Below, piece by piece: positions 1-10,082 of a stretch of 64,000 nucleotides of DNA. Under the pieces are notes generated by a model that was not told the origin of the DNA, ran no database searches, and was given only the letters and a program-made list of their open reading frames with translations. The position numbers were made by a program, and so were the translations under genes. This DNA comes from Candidatus Scatocola faecigallinarum (GTDB lineage: Bacteria; Pseudomonadota; Alphaproteobacteria; RF32; CAG-239): NCBI GenBank assembly GCA_018713605.1, contig DVOM01000018.1, positions 6,557 to 70,556 on the forward strand. The letters run 5' to 3'. Positions within the stretch are counted from its first letter, which is position 1. Every line of letters begins with the position of its first letter.

Positions 1-1081
1 CGCGGTCTTCCGGTTTCAGACCATCGAGAACAATCTGCCGGTCTTCCAGCGTATCGCCCAGGACGACGCGTCTTTCTTCGGCGATGTTGTTTTCGTTAAC
101 GACCATGACGTAGTTGCCGTGTTCGTCCTGAGCGACGGCAGCCTGCGGAACCAGAATGGCGATTTTGTCTTCTTTGTTGCCGAGACGAATGTCAACATAG
201 TTGCCCGGAATAAGCAGGCTGTCTTTGTTGTTGTATTCGGCGTAGACGGCGATGGTTGCGGTGTCGGAATTAATTTCGTTGTCGTTGAAACGCGATTTGA
301 GGTGGTTGACCAAGACCTTGCCGTTGGGAAGCACCAGTTCGGTTTTGATTGAGGCGCTTCCCTGAGAAATCCGCTGTTCGCGCATATTCAGAAAATCTTT
401 GTCCGAGACGGAGAAAGCAACGCGAATCGGGTCGGTTTGGACAATGCGGGCCAAATTCTGGGTGGTGGAGTTGACGTAGTTTCCTTCGGTAACCAGAGCC
501 TTACCGATGTAGCCGGTAATCGGCGCCTTGATTTCGGTATAGTCCATGTCGATTTTGGCCAGTTCAAGGTTGGCTTCGGCCTGTGCAACGGCCGCCTTGG
601 CCTGCAGGTAGTTGCTCTCCGAAGTGTCCAGCGTGGCTTTGGAAGCGTAGTTCTGGCTGCTCAGCGATTTCTGTCGTTTGTAGTCGCGTTCGGCGCGAAC
701 CAGATTGGCTTTGGCGCTGTCCAGTTCGGCTTTGCGGAGTTCGACGGTTGCCAGATAACGTTTCTGTTCAATAACGAACAAAATGTCGCCTTCGTTAACC
801 AGAGAGCCTTCCTGGAACAGGACTTTCTCGACATATCCCGTAACCTGAGGGCGCAGGTCAACCGCCTTGATGGCTTCGACATGGCCGATGTAGCTCTTTT
901 TGGGGGAAATGTTGCGCTGTTGAACCTGCTGAACCAGAACATAGGGATCGCCGGCGTCGGCTCCCATCATCGGCATCTGCGGGGTCAGCCGGCTTTTCAG
1001 ATACCAGCCTGCGGCTACGCATAAAAGCAGAACAGCGGTTTGTTTGAGAACTTTTCTATTACTTACCTTACCTAATTTCAT
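1..1081 (-). CDS. Efflux-pump periplasmic adaptor (membrane fusion protein, HlyD/AcrA family), partial: C-terminal end lies beyond the left window edge
   Basis: Absent from the ORF track because it has no stop codon inside the window. My translation of the minus strand from ATG 1081-1079 gives an uninterrupted 360-codon frame: MKLGKVSNRKVLKQTAVLLLCVAAGWYLKS...KAVDLRPQVTGYVEKVLFQEGSLVNEGDILFVIEQ...MDYTEIKAPITGYIGKALVTEGNYV. It has an N-terminal anchor helix, split lipoyl-like hairpin and coiled-coil segment as in AcrA/MexA adaptors. The start overlaps the tetR stop by 14 nt. Confidence 0.85.
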   Translation of the reverse strand, partial: MKLGKVSNRKVLKQTAVLLLCVAAGWYLKSRLTPQMPMMGADAGDPYVLVQQVQQRNISPKKSYIGHVEAIKAVDLRPQVTGYVEKVLFQEGSLVNEGDILFVIEQKRYLATVELRKAELDSAKANLVRAERDYKRQKSLSSQNYASKATLDTSESNYLQAKAAVAQAEANLELAKIDMDYTEIKAPITGYIGKALVTEGNYVNSTTQNLARIVQTDPIRVAFSVSDKDFLNMREQRISQGSASIKTELVLPNGKVLVNHLKSRFNDNEINSDTATIAVYAEYNNKDSLLIPGNYVDIRLGNKEDKIAILVPQAAVAQDEHGNYVMVVNENNIAEERRVVLGDTLEDRQIVLDGLKPEDR

Positions 1082-1703
1082 TTTCAGACCTTTCGTCCTT
1101 CAGAGCTTTTACTATTAAATCGAAACTTGTGCAAAACAAGTGCGGAAAATTTACCAAAGAATTACTGCTTATGGCATAGGAAAGCATGCCCTGCCATAAA
1201 CTGAAGATGGTTATAACTGTATCGTTGATGTTCAAGTCTGCAGATATTTCTCCACTTTTTTGCGAATTAGTCAATGCCTGTCTGATGATATTCAAAGGAA
1301 AATCGCGAATTTCCTTGACTGAACTCCCGATATGGGTAAACAGGGTTTCGGACCATTCCATCTGGAAAAGCATGAAAAACATGAATTTCCGGTAGTTGGG
1401 AATATCGCGCACCAGTTCGGCGATACAGTTGAAATGGGCGCGCAAATCGCTCAGCGTGTTGACAACCGGCACTTTGCGGGCAATCGCTTCGTTGGTGCGG
1501 TTGAACGACTCTTTTATCAGTGCGGCGATGATGTCCGGCTTGTTGCGAAAATGCCAATACACGGCTCCTTTGGTAAGGTTGATGCGTTTGGCTATCTCGT
1601 CAAAGGTTGTTTTGGAATAACCTTTTTCATAAAATATATCAAGCGCGGAAAACAGAATTTCCTGTCTTGTCTTCTCGGCCTCTTCCTTGGTTCTTCTGGG
1701 CAT
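1068..1703 (-). CDS. TetR/AcrR-family transcriptional repressor
   Basis: N-terminal HTH TTFDEIAKRINLTKGAVYWHFRNKPDI is the TetR signature. It lies directly upstream of, and overlaps, the efflux adaptor gene (classic acrR-acrA type layout). Confidence 0.9.
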   Translation of the reverse strand: MPRRTKEEAEKTRQEILFSALDIFYEKGYSKTTFDEIAKRINLTKGAVYWHFRNKPDIIAALIKESFNRTNEAIARKVPVVNTLSDLRAHFNCIAELVRDIPNYRKFMFFMLFQMEWSETLFTHIGSSVKEIRDFPLNIIRQALTNSQKSGEISADLNINDTVITIFSLWQGMLSYAISSNSLVNFPHLFCTSFDLIVKALKDERSENEIR

Positions 1704-1806
1704 ATTTCTACCGTTTTGCTGTTGTTTTATATATACTTGCCGGTAGGTATGTATAACAAAATCATTTTAATTTGCAAGTTTTTTTTGCAAAGAAAACAGA
1801 GATTTT

Positions 1807-3471
1807 TTATTGCTTCCGGCAGCCGGAGAATATGTCGAGCGCGGGTTCGTAATCGATGGTTTCGATACCGGCCAGTCCCAGAACGGAGTGGAAAAGGTTG
1901 TCGTGCGAATGCGGCTGTCCGGCGGTTTTTTTCAGACAATGGCGGTTGATGCCGAAAGCCCGGGCCGAACTGTCGGGAAGCCAGACCAGCATTGGGATTT
2001 CCTTTTGATAAGCCGGTGCTGTTTCATATGGCTGGGCATGGAGATAAATGCCGTTCTCTCCCAAAGATTCGCCGTGGTCGGAAGCATAGAGGAGCGCGAC
2101 GTTGTATTCGCCGGACAGGGCGGTCAGTTCGTCCATGACTTTGCTCAGAAACATGCTTGTGTAATAGACGGTGTTGTCATAAACGTTGACCAGTTCTTCG
2201 GCCGAGCAGCGGCTGAGGTTTTCGGTTTTACAGACAGGCGACCAGCGGGCGGCCTCTGCAGGATAATGTTCAAAATAAGCCGGACCGTGGCTGCCGGTCT
2301 GGTGCATGACGACGAGGATGTCCTTGCCGGTTTGGCGGACTTTGGCGGAAAAGTTGGTAAGCATTATTTCGTCGAGGCAGGACTTTTTCGTGCAGAAGTC
2401 TTCGATTTCGACCCGGTCGCAGTTGTTTTTGCAGCCGGTGTTGTTTTCGCGCCAGAGAACCTTGTAGCCGGCTTTCTGCAGTACGTCGAGCAGATTCTCG
2501 GTATATTCTTCGGAGCCGACTTTAAAGTTTTTGCGGCCGCTGCGCGAGAACATACAGGGAACGGCGACGGCGGTAGAGGTGCCGCAGGCGGTCGTATCGC
2601 CGTAATAGACGATTTCCCGGCGGTGCTTGTCCAGCGGTGCGTTGGTCGGGCGACCGTAGCCGCCGAGCGAAAAGTTGGCGGCGCGGGCGGTTTCGCCGAC
2701 TACGAGGACAAACAGGTTTTTCTTGCCGTTGTTCCAGTAACGGTTCAATTTGGCGTCGTCAGCTATCGTTACGAACGGATGGTCCGACTTGCGTCGCATT
2801 TTCCAAACCGAAAGCGAGGCGCTGATATAATTGACCGGGACCAGATAATATTTGGCGTCGCGGTGGTTGCGGAAGAATTGTTCGGTTGCGGTGTAATTGC
2901 CGAGCATGACGGCGGCGCAAAGGGTTGCCGAAGCGGCGATGACGGTTGCTGTGGAAAGCAATCCCTGTTTGAGGTTCCCGTAATCAATCCTGATTTTCAT
3001 GATTATCAGAGACGGCAAAAGGCCGAGCAGAGTAAGGAATGTCAGCAGTTTCAGTCCCAGAAGGTCCTGAACTTCATAGATGTCGGTTTGGACGACGTTC
3101 AGAAGCATAATCTTGTCAATCGGCGTGTTATAAGCGCTCATAAAATAAAAAACCAGCGCGTTCAGAATACAAAAGAAGATTGCCAGCGGTTTGGCGGTGT
3201 ATTTGTTGAACAGAAGCGAAACAGCCGCGCAAAGCAGCATAAAGGCACAGAAAAGTCCGCCGGCAACAAACGAAACCGACGGCGAAATGCTCCACAGTTT
3301 GCGGGCGAAAGGCAGGTTATAGGCGGCAAGCAGAAACAGTGCGAAAAGCAGGTTGAAACGGAGGCCGGAGATGCAAAACCACGGCTTGGCTGAGAAAATC
3401 GTCTGCAGATGTTTGGACATTTCAGTTCTTTCGGTCGTAGAGTTAGAAAAGTTCTCCCTGATGGTCGTCAT
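1807..3471 (-). CDS. eptA: Phosphoethanolamine--lipid A transferase (EptA/MCR family sulfatase-fold enzyme)
   Basis: N-terminal multi-TM region followed by a sulfatase-type domain. Motifs: VVGETARAANFSLGGYGRPTN, TACGTSTAVAVPCMFS (catalytic Thr region), YASDHGESLGENGIYLH. An alternative start at ATG 3420 (MSKHLQT) would remove the 29-nt overlap with hda. Confidence 0.85.
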   Translation of the reverse strand: MTTIRENFSNSTTERTEMSKHLQTIFSAKPWFCISGLRFNLLFALFLLAAYNLPFARKLWSISPSVSFVAGGLFCAFMLLCAAVSLLFNKYTAKPLAIFFCILNALVFYFMSAYNTPIDKIMLLNVVQTDIYEVQDLLGLKLLTFLTLLGLLPSLIIMKIRIDYGNLKQGLLSTATVIAASATLCAAVMLGNYTATEQFFRNHRDAKYYLVPVNYISASLSVWKMRRKSDHPFVTIADDAKLNRYWNNGKKNLFVLVVGETARAANFSLGGYGRPTNAPLDKHRREIVYYGDTTACGTSTAVAVPCMFSRSGRKNFKVGSEEYTENLLDVLQKAGYKVLWRENNTGCKNNCDRVEIEDFCTKKSCLDEIMLTNFSAKVRQTGKDILVVMHQTGSHGPAYFEHYPAEAARWSPVCKTENLSRCSAEELVNVYDNTVYYTSMFLSKVMDELTALSGEYNVALLYASDHGESLGENGIYLHAQPYETAPAYQKEIPMLVWLPDSSARAFGINRHCLKKTAGQPHSHDNLFHSVLGLAGIETIDYEPALDIFSGCRKQ

Positions 3472-4168
3472 TTAACACGGCCAGGGCTTCTTTGACAATG
3501 GGAATGGTTACGGCGCGTTTGCGGGCCAGCGAAATGTTGTCGGTTTCGGCAACGAGTTTGCGGGCAAAAGCGTAGGAGCGCTGCATATTGGCAAGGATGT
3601 AGCTGAGCACTTCCTGCGAAATGACAACCTGCCGGTCGTTGAACAGCTTGACGATCAACGCCTGCAGCAACTCGTCGTCCGGTTCGCGGATTTCCACCGT
3701 GGGAACGATATTCAGTCTTGAGCGCAAATCCGGCAGCGCAATGTGCAGGCGGGCAGGAGCGATTTCCGAGGTAAAAAGGATATAGCCGTTTTCGTTGCGG
3801 TACTGATTGTAAAGATGAAACATCGCTTCGTTGTCGATATTGTCGTTCATATCTTCGACAATCAGGCAGGGATGCTGTTCGAACAGCCGCAGGGTTTCCG
3901 TCCCGACTTCCGAGGCGCGAACGCGGGGAATTTTATACGGATAACGGGTTTTGACGGATACGTTGTCGGAAAACATGTGAGCCAGATGACTTTTGCCGCA
4001 GCCGGCCGGGCCATACAGGCAGACGGCGAAAAACGGCCAGTCGGGCCAGTTTTCGACATAAGCAAAGGCTTCGGCATTACAGGAGGCGACCATGAAGTCC
4101 TCTTTGCCGAGAAACGGTTGGTGTTCGAAAGCCAGCGGCAGCTGTCTGATGTCGGTGTTTTTGTTCAT
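3443..4168 (-). CDS. hda: DnaA-related regulatory inactivator (Hda/HdaA)
   Basis: 241-aa AAA+ protein with Walker A LYGPAGCGKSHLAHMF and Walker B LIVEDM, and no DnaA DNA-binding domain IV. Size and layout match Hda. Confidence 0.8.
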   Translation of the reverse strand: MNKNTDIRQLPLAFEHQPFLGKEDFMVASCNAEAFAYVENWPDWPFFAVCLYGPAGCGKSHLAHMFSDNVSVKTRYPYKIPRVRASEVGTETLRLFEQHPCLIVEDMNDNIDNEAMFHLYNQYRNENGYILFTSEIAPARLHIALPDLRSRLNIVPTVEIREPDDELLQALIVKLFNDRQVVISQEVLSYILANMQRSYAFARKLVAETDNISLARKRAVTIPIVKEALAVLNDDHQGELF

Positions 4169-4178
4169 CTTTTGTCCG

Positions 4179-6830
4179 TCAGTTTCTGCTCAAAACGTCA
4201 AAAACCTTTTTGGTCAGGTCGCCGAGGCTGAATGGTTTGGCCAGAAAGTCAAAATCCTGCGAGCCGGCAAGTTCGCGGCGGGCAATTTCTTCCGAATAGC
4301 CGGAGGCCAAAATGATTTTGACGGCGGGAATCTGTTCGCGGACGCGGGCGGCCAGTTCGGCGCCGTTAATGCCGGGCATTACCATATCAGTTATCAGCAG
4401 GCCGAAGTTTTTGTCGTGCTCCAATTGTTCTAGCGCATTCTCGGCCGAATTGCAAGCGACAACGTCAAAACCTTTTTTCTTTAAGGCGCGGACGCCGAAA
4501 GCCCGAACCGAATCTTCATCTTCGACGAAGAGAATGCGGGTTGAGGCAGCGTCCGGATTTTCCCGGACGCTGCGGTCAATGGCCGAAACGTTCAGGCCGA
4601 ATATCAGTTTCTGGCTGACGGCGACGGGAGAGGTAATTTTCTCCTGAACGGTCAGAACCGGCGAACCGTCTTTGGCTTTGACAGTGTCCTGTTCGTCGCC
4701 GCGTTTTTCCTCTTCATCGTCGACGGCGGCGTCAAAACGCGGCAGATGAATGGAGAAGGTGGTGCCTTTGCCGACAATGCTTTCGACTTTGATGAAGCCT
4801 TCGGTCTGGCGGACAATGCCGTAGACCATGGCCAGACCGAGGCCGGTGCCGGAGCCGACGACGTTTTGTTTGGTGGAGAAGAAGGGTTCAAAGATGCGGG
4901 TAAGGTTTTCAATCGGAATGCCGCAGCCGGTGTCTCTGACATCGATAACCACAAATTCGCCGGGTTTGATTACGTCGGCGCCGAACCGGTAAGGTTCGGA
5001 GAGCGTTTCGGTGCGGGTGGAAATGCTGAGCGTGCCGCTGCCGTTCATGGCGTCTTTGGCGTTGACGGCCAAGTTGATGATAACCTGCGAAAACTGAACC
5101 GGGTCGACGCGGATATATCCCAGGTCGCTGCCGTGGTAAAATTCAAGCACAATCTGTTCGCCGAGAATCCGTTTGAGCATATGGCTGAGTTCGACGAAGT
5201 TTTCGGTAACGTCGATCAGTTTCGGCTTCAGGGGTTGTTTGCGCGAGAAAGCCAGCAGCTGGCGAACCAGCCCGGCGGCACGATTGGCGTTTTGCTTGAT
5301 TTGGATCAGGTCGGTAAAGGACGGATCGCCGACGCCGTGACGTTGAAGCAGCAGGTCGCAGAAGCCGATCATGGCGGTCAGCAGGTTGTTGAAGTCATGG
5401 GCGACGCCGCCTGCCAACTGGCCCATGGCCTGCATTTTCTGAGCTTGGGCAAACTGCATCTCCAGCGTTTTTTGTTTGGTGGCGTCAATCATATACAGAA
5501 CCAAACCGTCGATTTCGCTGATGTCGAAAGAATAGAAGCGGCGCATCGGACTGATGTAGAGCTGAATGATGCGTTCTTCGCGGCCGAGACTGACGTGGAC
5601 GTCCAGCGAAGCCGAGGCATCGGCGGAAGCGTAAATGGCGGAAAAGTGTTTTTTGAGTTCGGCGGCGTCTTCGGTTTTGACATAGTCAAAGATGCTTTTG
5701 AGCAAAATGTTTTCCTTGGCGGCGCCAAGAAAACTCCGGACTTTGGCATTGCAATCGGTTATTTGACCGTCGCGGTTGATGAAGACGATGCCGACCGGCG
5801 CGTAATTGAAAAGCCAGCTGATTTTATCCAGCGAAGCGCTGAGTTCTTTTTTGACGTCGCGGTCGGACGGAATGCCGGCGACGGCAACGCCGCGAATCTT
5901 GTACTCCCGGTTGCCGCGGAAACTTTCCTGAGCGACGAAACATTCGATCGTTTCATGTGCGGTGCTGACAAAAAACAACCTCCCTGACCAGGTCGTGTTC
6001 TGCGGCGTTTCGACGTTTTCGCCCAGATATTTGCGGAAATCGGTGCCGATAAGGTCTTCGCGGGCAACGCCGACAATGCGGGCAAAGGCGTGGTTGGCGT
6101 ATTCGATTTGAAAATCGCGGGTGCAGGTATAAAGCCCGACCGGGAGATCGTCAAGAAAATCGTGAAGGTTTTTACGCTCTTCCTGAAAAACGTGCTCCAT
6201 GTTTTTGGCGGCGGTAATGTCCTGGAAGTTCCAGTATAAATAGGTGTCTTTTTTGATTGCTTTAATTGAAAAAGGGCCTTCGAAAATGTCGGTTTTTTTT
6301 AAGAATATCGGCCGGACGGTAATTTCGAACCATTCTTCGTCGGCAAAAATTCTGTCCCGGTCATGGTGCAGGTTTAACGCCAGCGTGACTTTTTCGGCGG
6401 CAAGGTCGCGGCAGGCGGTCTGCAGGCGGTAGAAAGCCGCTTTGTTGAGGCGGTTCTCGCTGAGCTGTTTTTCCAGATATTCGAGAATCGGTTCATTTTT
6501 GAGCAGTTCTCTGGCGACGTCGTTCTGAATGACCGGTTCTCCGGCAGCATTGTCAATCCGGCGGGCTTTGAAGTCGTTTTTGATAATTTCGTTGGCAAAA
6601 CCGCCGTAGCTGATGGCTTCTTCGCCGGCGCGGAGGGTTTTGATGGTAAGCGCAAGGCAGAAGATGCACAGTATCAGCATGGACAGAATCAGATAAAGGT
6701 AATATTCCGGGTATACCATAAACAGGATTATCGCCGCGGCGAGGGCGATGAGCGAATAGGCAAGCTGCAGCAAACGCTTTTGCAGCAGTTTATCGGGCCT
6801 GTGGGTTTTTAAGCTGCATAACATATCCAA
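4179..6830 (-). CDS. Hybrid sensor histidine kinase/response regulator with two N-terminal TM helices and PAS domains (CckA-like architecture)
   Basis: H-box [27 protein letters not shown]-box [12 protein letters not shown]-boxes DTGCGI and [11 protein letters not shown], and a C-terminal receiver [13 protein letters not shown]...[16 protein letters not shown]. The TM-PAS-PAS-HK-REC order matches the alphaproteobacterial cell-cycle kinase CckA, but I cannot prove orthology. Confidence 0.8.
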   Translation of the reverse strand: MDMLCSLKTHRPDKLLQKRLLQLAYSLIALAAAIILFMVYPEYYLYLILSMLILCIFCLALTIKTLRAGEEAISYGGFANEIIKNDFKARRIDNAAGEPVIQNDVARELLKNEPILEYLEKQLSENRLNKAAFYRLQTACRDLAAEKVTLALNLHHDRDRIFADEEWFEITVRPIFLKKTDIFEGPFSIKAIKKDTYLYWNFQDITAAKNMEHVFQEERKNLHDFLDDLPVGLYTCTRDFQIEYANHAFARIVGVAREDLIGTDFRKYLGENVETPQNTTWSGRLFFVSTAHETIECFVAQESFRGNREYKIRGVAVAGIPSDRDVKKELSASLDKISWLFNYAPVGIVFINRDGQITDCNAKVRSFLGAAKENILLKSIFDYVKTEDAAELKKHFSAIYASADASASLDVHVSLGREERIIQLYISPMRRFYSFDISEIDGLVLYMIDATKQKTLEMQFAQAQKMQAMGQLAGGVAHDFNNLLTAMIGFCDLLLQRHGVGDPSFTDLIQIKQNANRAAGLVRQLLAFSRKQPLKPKLIDVTENFVELSHMLKRILGEQIVLEFYHGSDLGYIRVDPVQFSQVIINLAVNAKDAMNGSGTLSISTRTETLSEPYRFGADVIKPGEFVVIDVRDTGCGIPIENLTRIFEPFFSTKQNVVGSGTGLGLAMVYGIVRQTEGFIKVESIVGKGTTFSIHLPRFDAAVDDEEEKRGDEQDTVKAKDGSPVLTVQEKITSPVAVSQKLIFGLNVSAIDRSVRENPDAASTRILFVEDEDSVRAFGVRALKKKGFDVVACNSAENALEQLEHDKNFGLLITDMVMPGINGAELAARVREQIPAVKIILASGYSEEIARRELAGSQDFDFLAKPFSLGDLTKKVFDVLSRN

Positions 6831-7866
6831 TTACCTCGGCAACGGCCTTGAAGTGTTCGGCCGGAATCGATTGATCCAGTTCTACGGAAGCGAAAAGCGC
6901 GCGCGCCAGCGGCGGGTTCTCGACAATGGGAATGTCGTGTTCTTCGGCTATTTCCCTGATGCGCAGCGCCAGATTGTCCAGACCTTTGGCAACGACAACC
7001 GGCGCGTCCATTTTTTCCATTTTGTATTCCAGGGCGACGGCATAGTGCGTCGGGTTGACGATAACCACATCGGCGCGGGGGACGGCATCCATCATGCGGT
7101 GGCGGGCGCGTTCCATGCGCACCTGACGGATACGCGATTTGACCAGCGGGTCGCCTTCCATCTGTTTGTATTCGTCTTTGACTTCCTGTTTGGTCATGCG
7201 CAGTTTCTTCAAATGCTGATATTTCTGATAGGCGTAGTCGGCAACGGCGATGACCAGAACGGCGATAACTACCGTAAAAATCAACAGTACCACAATTTTA
7301 TGAATAAAAGATAAAATTGCCATGGTTTCCATGCCCGGCATCAGGTTGACCTTTTCCAGATAAGGGCGGATGACGAGAACGCCGATAAATGCGATGACGG
7401 TAATTTTGATGATGCCTTTTAAGCTCTCGACGATTTTTTTCATGTTTATAAACTGGGTCATTGCCGCAAAGATGTTCAGCTTGTTCCAGTTCGGTTCCAG
7501 TTTTTTCGGCGCGTAGACGAAACCGGTCTGGGCAACGCTGGCAAAAATGCCGAGCACCATGAAAATGGCAAAGGGAATGCCGAGAATTTTCATGAGGGCA
7601 ATGACCGTATTGTAAAGCAGGAGCCTGATGTAGCGGCCGTCGGTGGGAATGGCGTCCGGATTTTCGACGAACTTGAGCGAAAACATATAGAACCATTTGA
7701 ACATCAGCGGCAGCACCAGCCAGATGACGAACAGCATGCCGAGCAGCATGATAAAGCTTTTGGCATCCTGAGAGATGGCAATGTCGCCTTCTTCTTTGGC
7801 CTTGCTTATTTTTCGTTCCGACGGTTCTTCCGTTTTTGAGGCTTCGTCATCATCTTCGGCAATCAT
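6790..7866 (-). CDS. flhB: Flagellar type III export switch protein FlhB
   Basis: N-terminal SKTEEPSERKISKAKEEGDIAISQD, four TM helices, and the autocleavage motif NPTH in VIVNPTHYAVALEY. Confidence 0.92.
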   Translation of the reverse strand: MIAEDDDEASKTEEPSERKISKAKEEGDIAISQDAKSFIMLLGMLFVIWLVLPLMFKWFYMFSLKFVENPDAIPTDGRYIRLLLYNTVIALMKILGIPFAIFMVLGIFASVAQTGFVYAPKKLEPNWNKLNIFAAMTQFINMKKIVESLKGIIKITVIAFIGVLVIRPYLEKVNLMPGMETMAILSFIHKIVVLLIFTVVIAVLVIAVADYAYQKYQHLKKLRMTKQEVKDEYKQMEGDPLVKSRIRQVRMERARHRMMDAVPRADVVIVNPTHYAVALEYKMEKMDAPVVVAKGLDNLALRIREIAEEHDIPIVENPPLARALFASVELDQSIPAEHFKAVAEVIGYVMQLKNPQAR

Positions 7867-7868
7867 GC

Positions 7869-8639
7869 TCAGCTCCCGGAAACAAATTTCATCAGGCCGC
7901 CTTCATAATATTTGACGAACCAGAGAATCATTATCGGCGTGGTTATAAAAAGCAGTCCCAGTCCCAGATAAATCTGCAAAGGCAGGGAGAGGAAAAAGAT
8001 GTTCAACTGCGGCATCAGGCGCGAAACGAGTCCCATGCCGACATAAAAGACGATTGAAAAAGCAATGAACGGCGAGGCGATTTTGAAGCCGATGACAAAA
8101 CTTGCGTTGACGGTCTGGCTCATGAAGTCGGAGAAGTCGCCGAGCGGCAAGGGCAGACCGACCGGAAACAGCCGGTAACTGTCGACGACCGCGGAAAGCA
8201 TCAGATGATGCAGGTCGGTGATGAATATGACGGTCAGGGCAATGATGCTTAAAAAAGTTTCAAGAACGATGCTTTGGGTTTGGAAAGTCGGGTCAAAAAT
8301 CTGGGCGTTGGAAAAGCCGATGGCCTGTCCGGCAAAGTTGCCGACGAGACTGAGCGCGGCATAGAGCGCCTGCATGAACAGTCCCATGAACACGCCGCAG
8401 GTAATTTCGAACAGTGCCAGTCGCAGAAAGTCAAGAAAATCGGCCGGTGCCGGCGGCAGAAAACCGCTCAGAAACGGTACCAGCACTACCGTTATTGCCA
8501 GAGCAATCGTAAGCCGCTGGCGTTCGGTAACGTAAGAAACCGCGAAGCCCGGCATTAACAGTATTGCCGAGCCGATACGCAGAAAGACGAAGATAAACTG
8601 ATAAATTTCCAGATTCAGGAGCTGGGTCATTGCCGTCAT
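7869..8639 (-). CDS. fliR: Flagellar export apparatus protein FliR
   Basis: 256-aa polytopic membrane protein lying between fliQ and flhB. Overlaps fliQ by 4 nt. Confidence 0.88.
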   Translation of the reverse strand: MTAMTQLLNLEIYQFIFVFLRIGSAILLMPGFAVSYVTERQRLTIALAITVVLVPFLSGFLPPAPADFLDFLRLALFEITCGVFMGLFMQALYAALSLVGNFAGQAIGFSNAQIFDPTFQTQSIVLETFLSIIALTVIFITDLHHLMLSAVVDSYRLFPVGLPLPLGDFSDFMSQTVNASFVIGFKIASPFIAFSIVFYVGMGLVSRLMPQLNIFFLSLPLQIYLGLGLLFITTPIMILWFVKYYEGGLMKFVSGS

Positions 8640-8911
8640 CCGCCGTTGACTATCTTGTCAAACAAAGTGTCGGAAAGCATCCGCATTTGGTTGAGCATAA
8701 ACGGAAAAAGCAGGATAAGCGTGAAAAAGACGCCGAGAATTTTCGGGACAAAAGCCAGCGTCATTTCCTGAATCTGGGTCAGAGCCTGAAAAATACCGAT
8801 TATCAGACCGATGAACAGCGCAACCAGCAGTACCGGGCTGACGACTTTTATCAGCGTAAAAATCGCTTCGCGGGAAATGTCCAAAACTTCTACTTCGTTC
8901 ATGTCGGTCAA
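8636..8911 (-). CDS. fliQ: Flagellar export apparatus protein FliQ
   Basis: 91-aa two-TM protein containing ALTQIQEMTLAFVPKILGVF (FliQ/YscS family). The fliQ-fliR-flhB order is the one known for Caulobacter-type operons. Confidence 0.9.
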   Translation of the reverse strand: MTDMNEVEVLDISREAIFTLIKVVSPVLLVALFIGLIIGIFQALTQIQEMTLAFVPKILGVFFTLILLFPFMLNQMRMLSDTLFDKIVNGG

Positions 8912-8912
8912 C

Positions 8913-10082
8913 CTATTCTAACGGGGTTTGTTTTTCAAAGTAAACATGGTTTTCGAGGCCGGTCAGAAAAGCGCCGTCATAGCCGCTGTCGACAATGCCT
9001 TTGAAATAGAGGCCGCTGACTTTTTTCCAGTTTTCGTCCCAGTATTCGGTAATGACCGCGTCAGAATCGGTAAAGGATGCGCGAGCCAGCCACGGGGTCT
9101 TGTCGATCTGCCAGCCGTCCCTCCAATAATAGTCGCGGCGGTTGGCTTCGCTGACGTTCATTTTGGCAAAAATCAGCCGTTTGGTACCGTTTTTCTTGAA
9201 CTTCAGGCTGTCGACATCTTCTCTTGAGAGCGGTTCCCGATGGCGGAAAAAAGGCTCAATGACGACAATGTCATAGTTGGAATCCCTGATGTCCTGCAAA
9301 AAACGTTCTTTGTCATCATAAAGACTGTCGTCAATGAAGAACGAGATGTTGGCCGCGTCGGCAACTTTATAGATGTTGCGGGCATTTTCGTTGATTATCG
9401 GCTGCTTTTTTATTTTGCGGAAGGCGGTTTCCGGTTTGACGAAAGCATAGAGCAGGCTGCCGAAACCTGCCGAGTTCATGATTGCTTCGTCCAGTTCCGT
9501 TTCCGAGGAACAGCTGTCGATGGAAATAATTTTCAGGCCGTGTTCCTTTATATGCGGACTCAGTTTGCGGCTGCCGCAGAAACGATTGTTGACGGCAATA
9601 CCGCTGAGATGCCGTCCGTAGTTTTCGGCAGAGGCGGAATAAGCCAAATCCGGTTCGGTTTGTTTCAGATGCGCCAGAAAGATCGGGTCGTCGGCATTAA
9701 TGCCTTTGCGTCGCGCTTCGTTGTAACCGTCAAGATGGTATTCCCACAGGCTTTTGTGCAGAAGCTCTTCTCCTTCGTGGGCGATGATTTCAAAGTCCTT
9801 GTTTTCGGCTTTGGCAAACTCGGCCAGAGCCACAACGTTATCACGCATGGCTTTGCGATAGTTGACGATAGTTTTCGGCGCGACCTTGATGTCCAAAATC
9901 TGCTCTTCGTAGGTATAGGGGTTGGCTGACGTAAAACCGTACAAACCGGCATACGCACTTGCCGAGAAGGCAAGTGCGGTAATAAAGCCGGTTAACGTTA
10001 TGTACGGTCTATGTAATGACATCGGGTTGCTGTTTTCCTGTACGGGGTTCGATTTCGGCAATGTCCGCGGCAATTTTGGCAA
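8913..10082 (-). CDS. Secreted TIM-barrel-like glycoside hydrolase candidate (GH114 / endo-alpha-1,4-polygalactosaminidase-like)
   Basis: Signal peptide if translation starts at ATG 10022 (MSLHRPYITLTGFITALAFSASAYA). The C-terminal pattern NVSEANRRDYYWRDGW...VITEYWDENWKKV...GYDGAFLTGLENHVYFE resembles the COG2342/GH114 signature from memory. This is a weak assignment. Confidence 0.45.
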   Translation of the reverse strand: MPKLPRTLPKSNPVQENSNPMSLHRPYITLTGFITALAFSASAYAGLYGFTSANPYTYEEQILDIKVAPKTIVNYRKAMRDNVVALAEFAKAENKDFEIIAHEGEELLHKSLWEYHLDGYNEARRKGINADDPIFLAHLKQTEPDLAYSASAENYGRHLSGIAVNNRFCGSRKLSPHIKEHGLKIISIDSCSSETELDEAIMNSAGFGSLLYAFVKPETAFRKIKKQPIINENARNIYKVADAANISFFIDDSLYDDKERFLQDIRDSNYDIVVIEPFFRHREPLSREDVDSLKFKKNGTKRLIFAKMNVSEANRRDYYWRDGWQIDKTPWLARASFTDSDAVITEYWDENWKKVSGLYFKGIVDSGYDGAFLTGLENHVYFEKQTPLE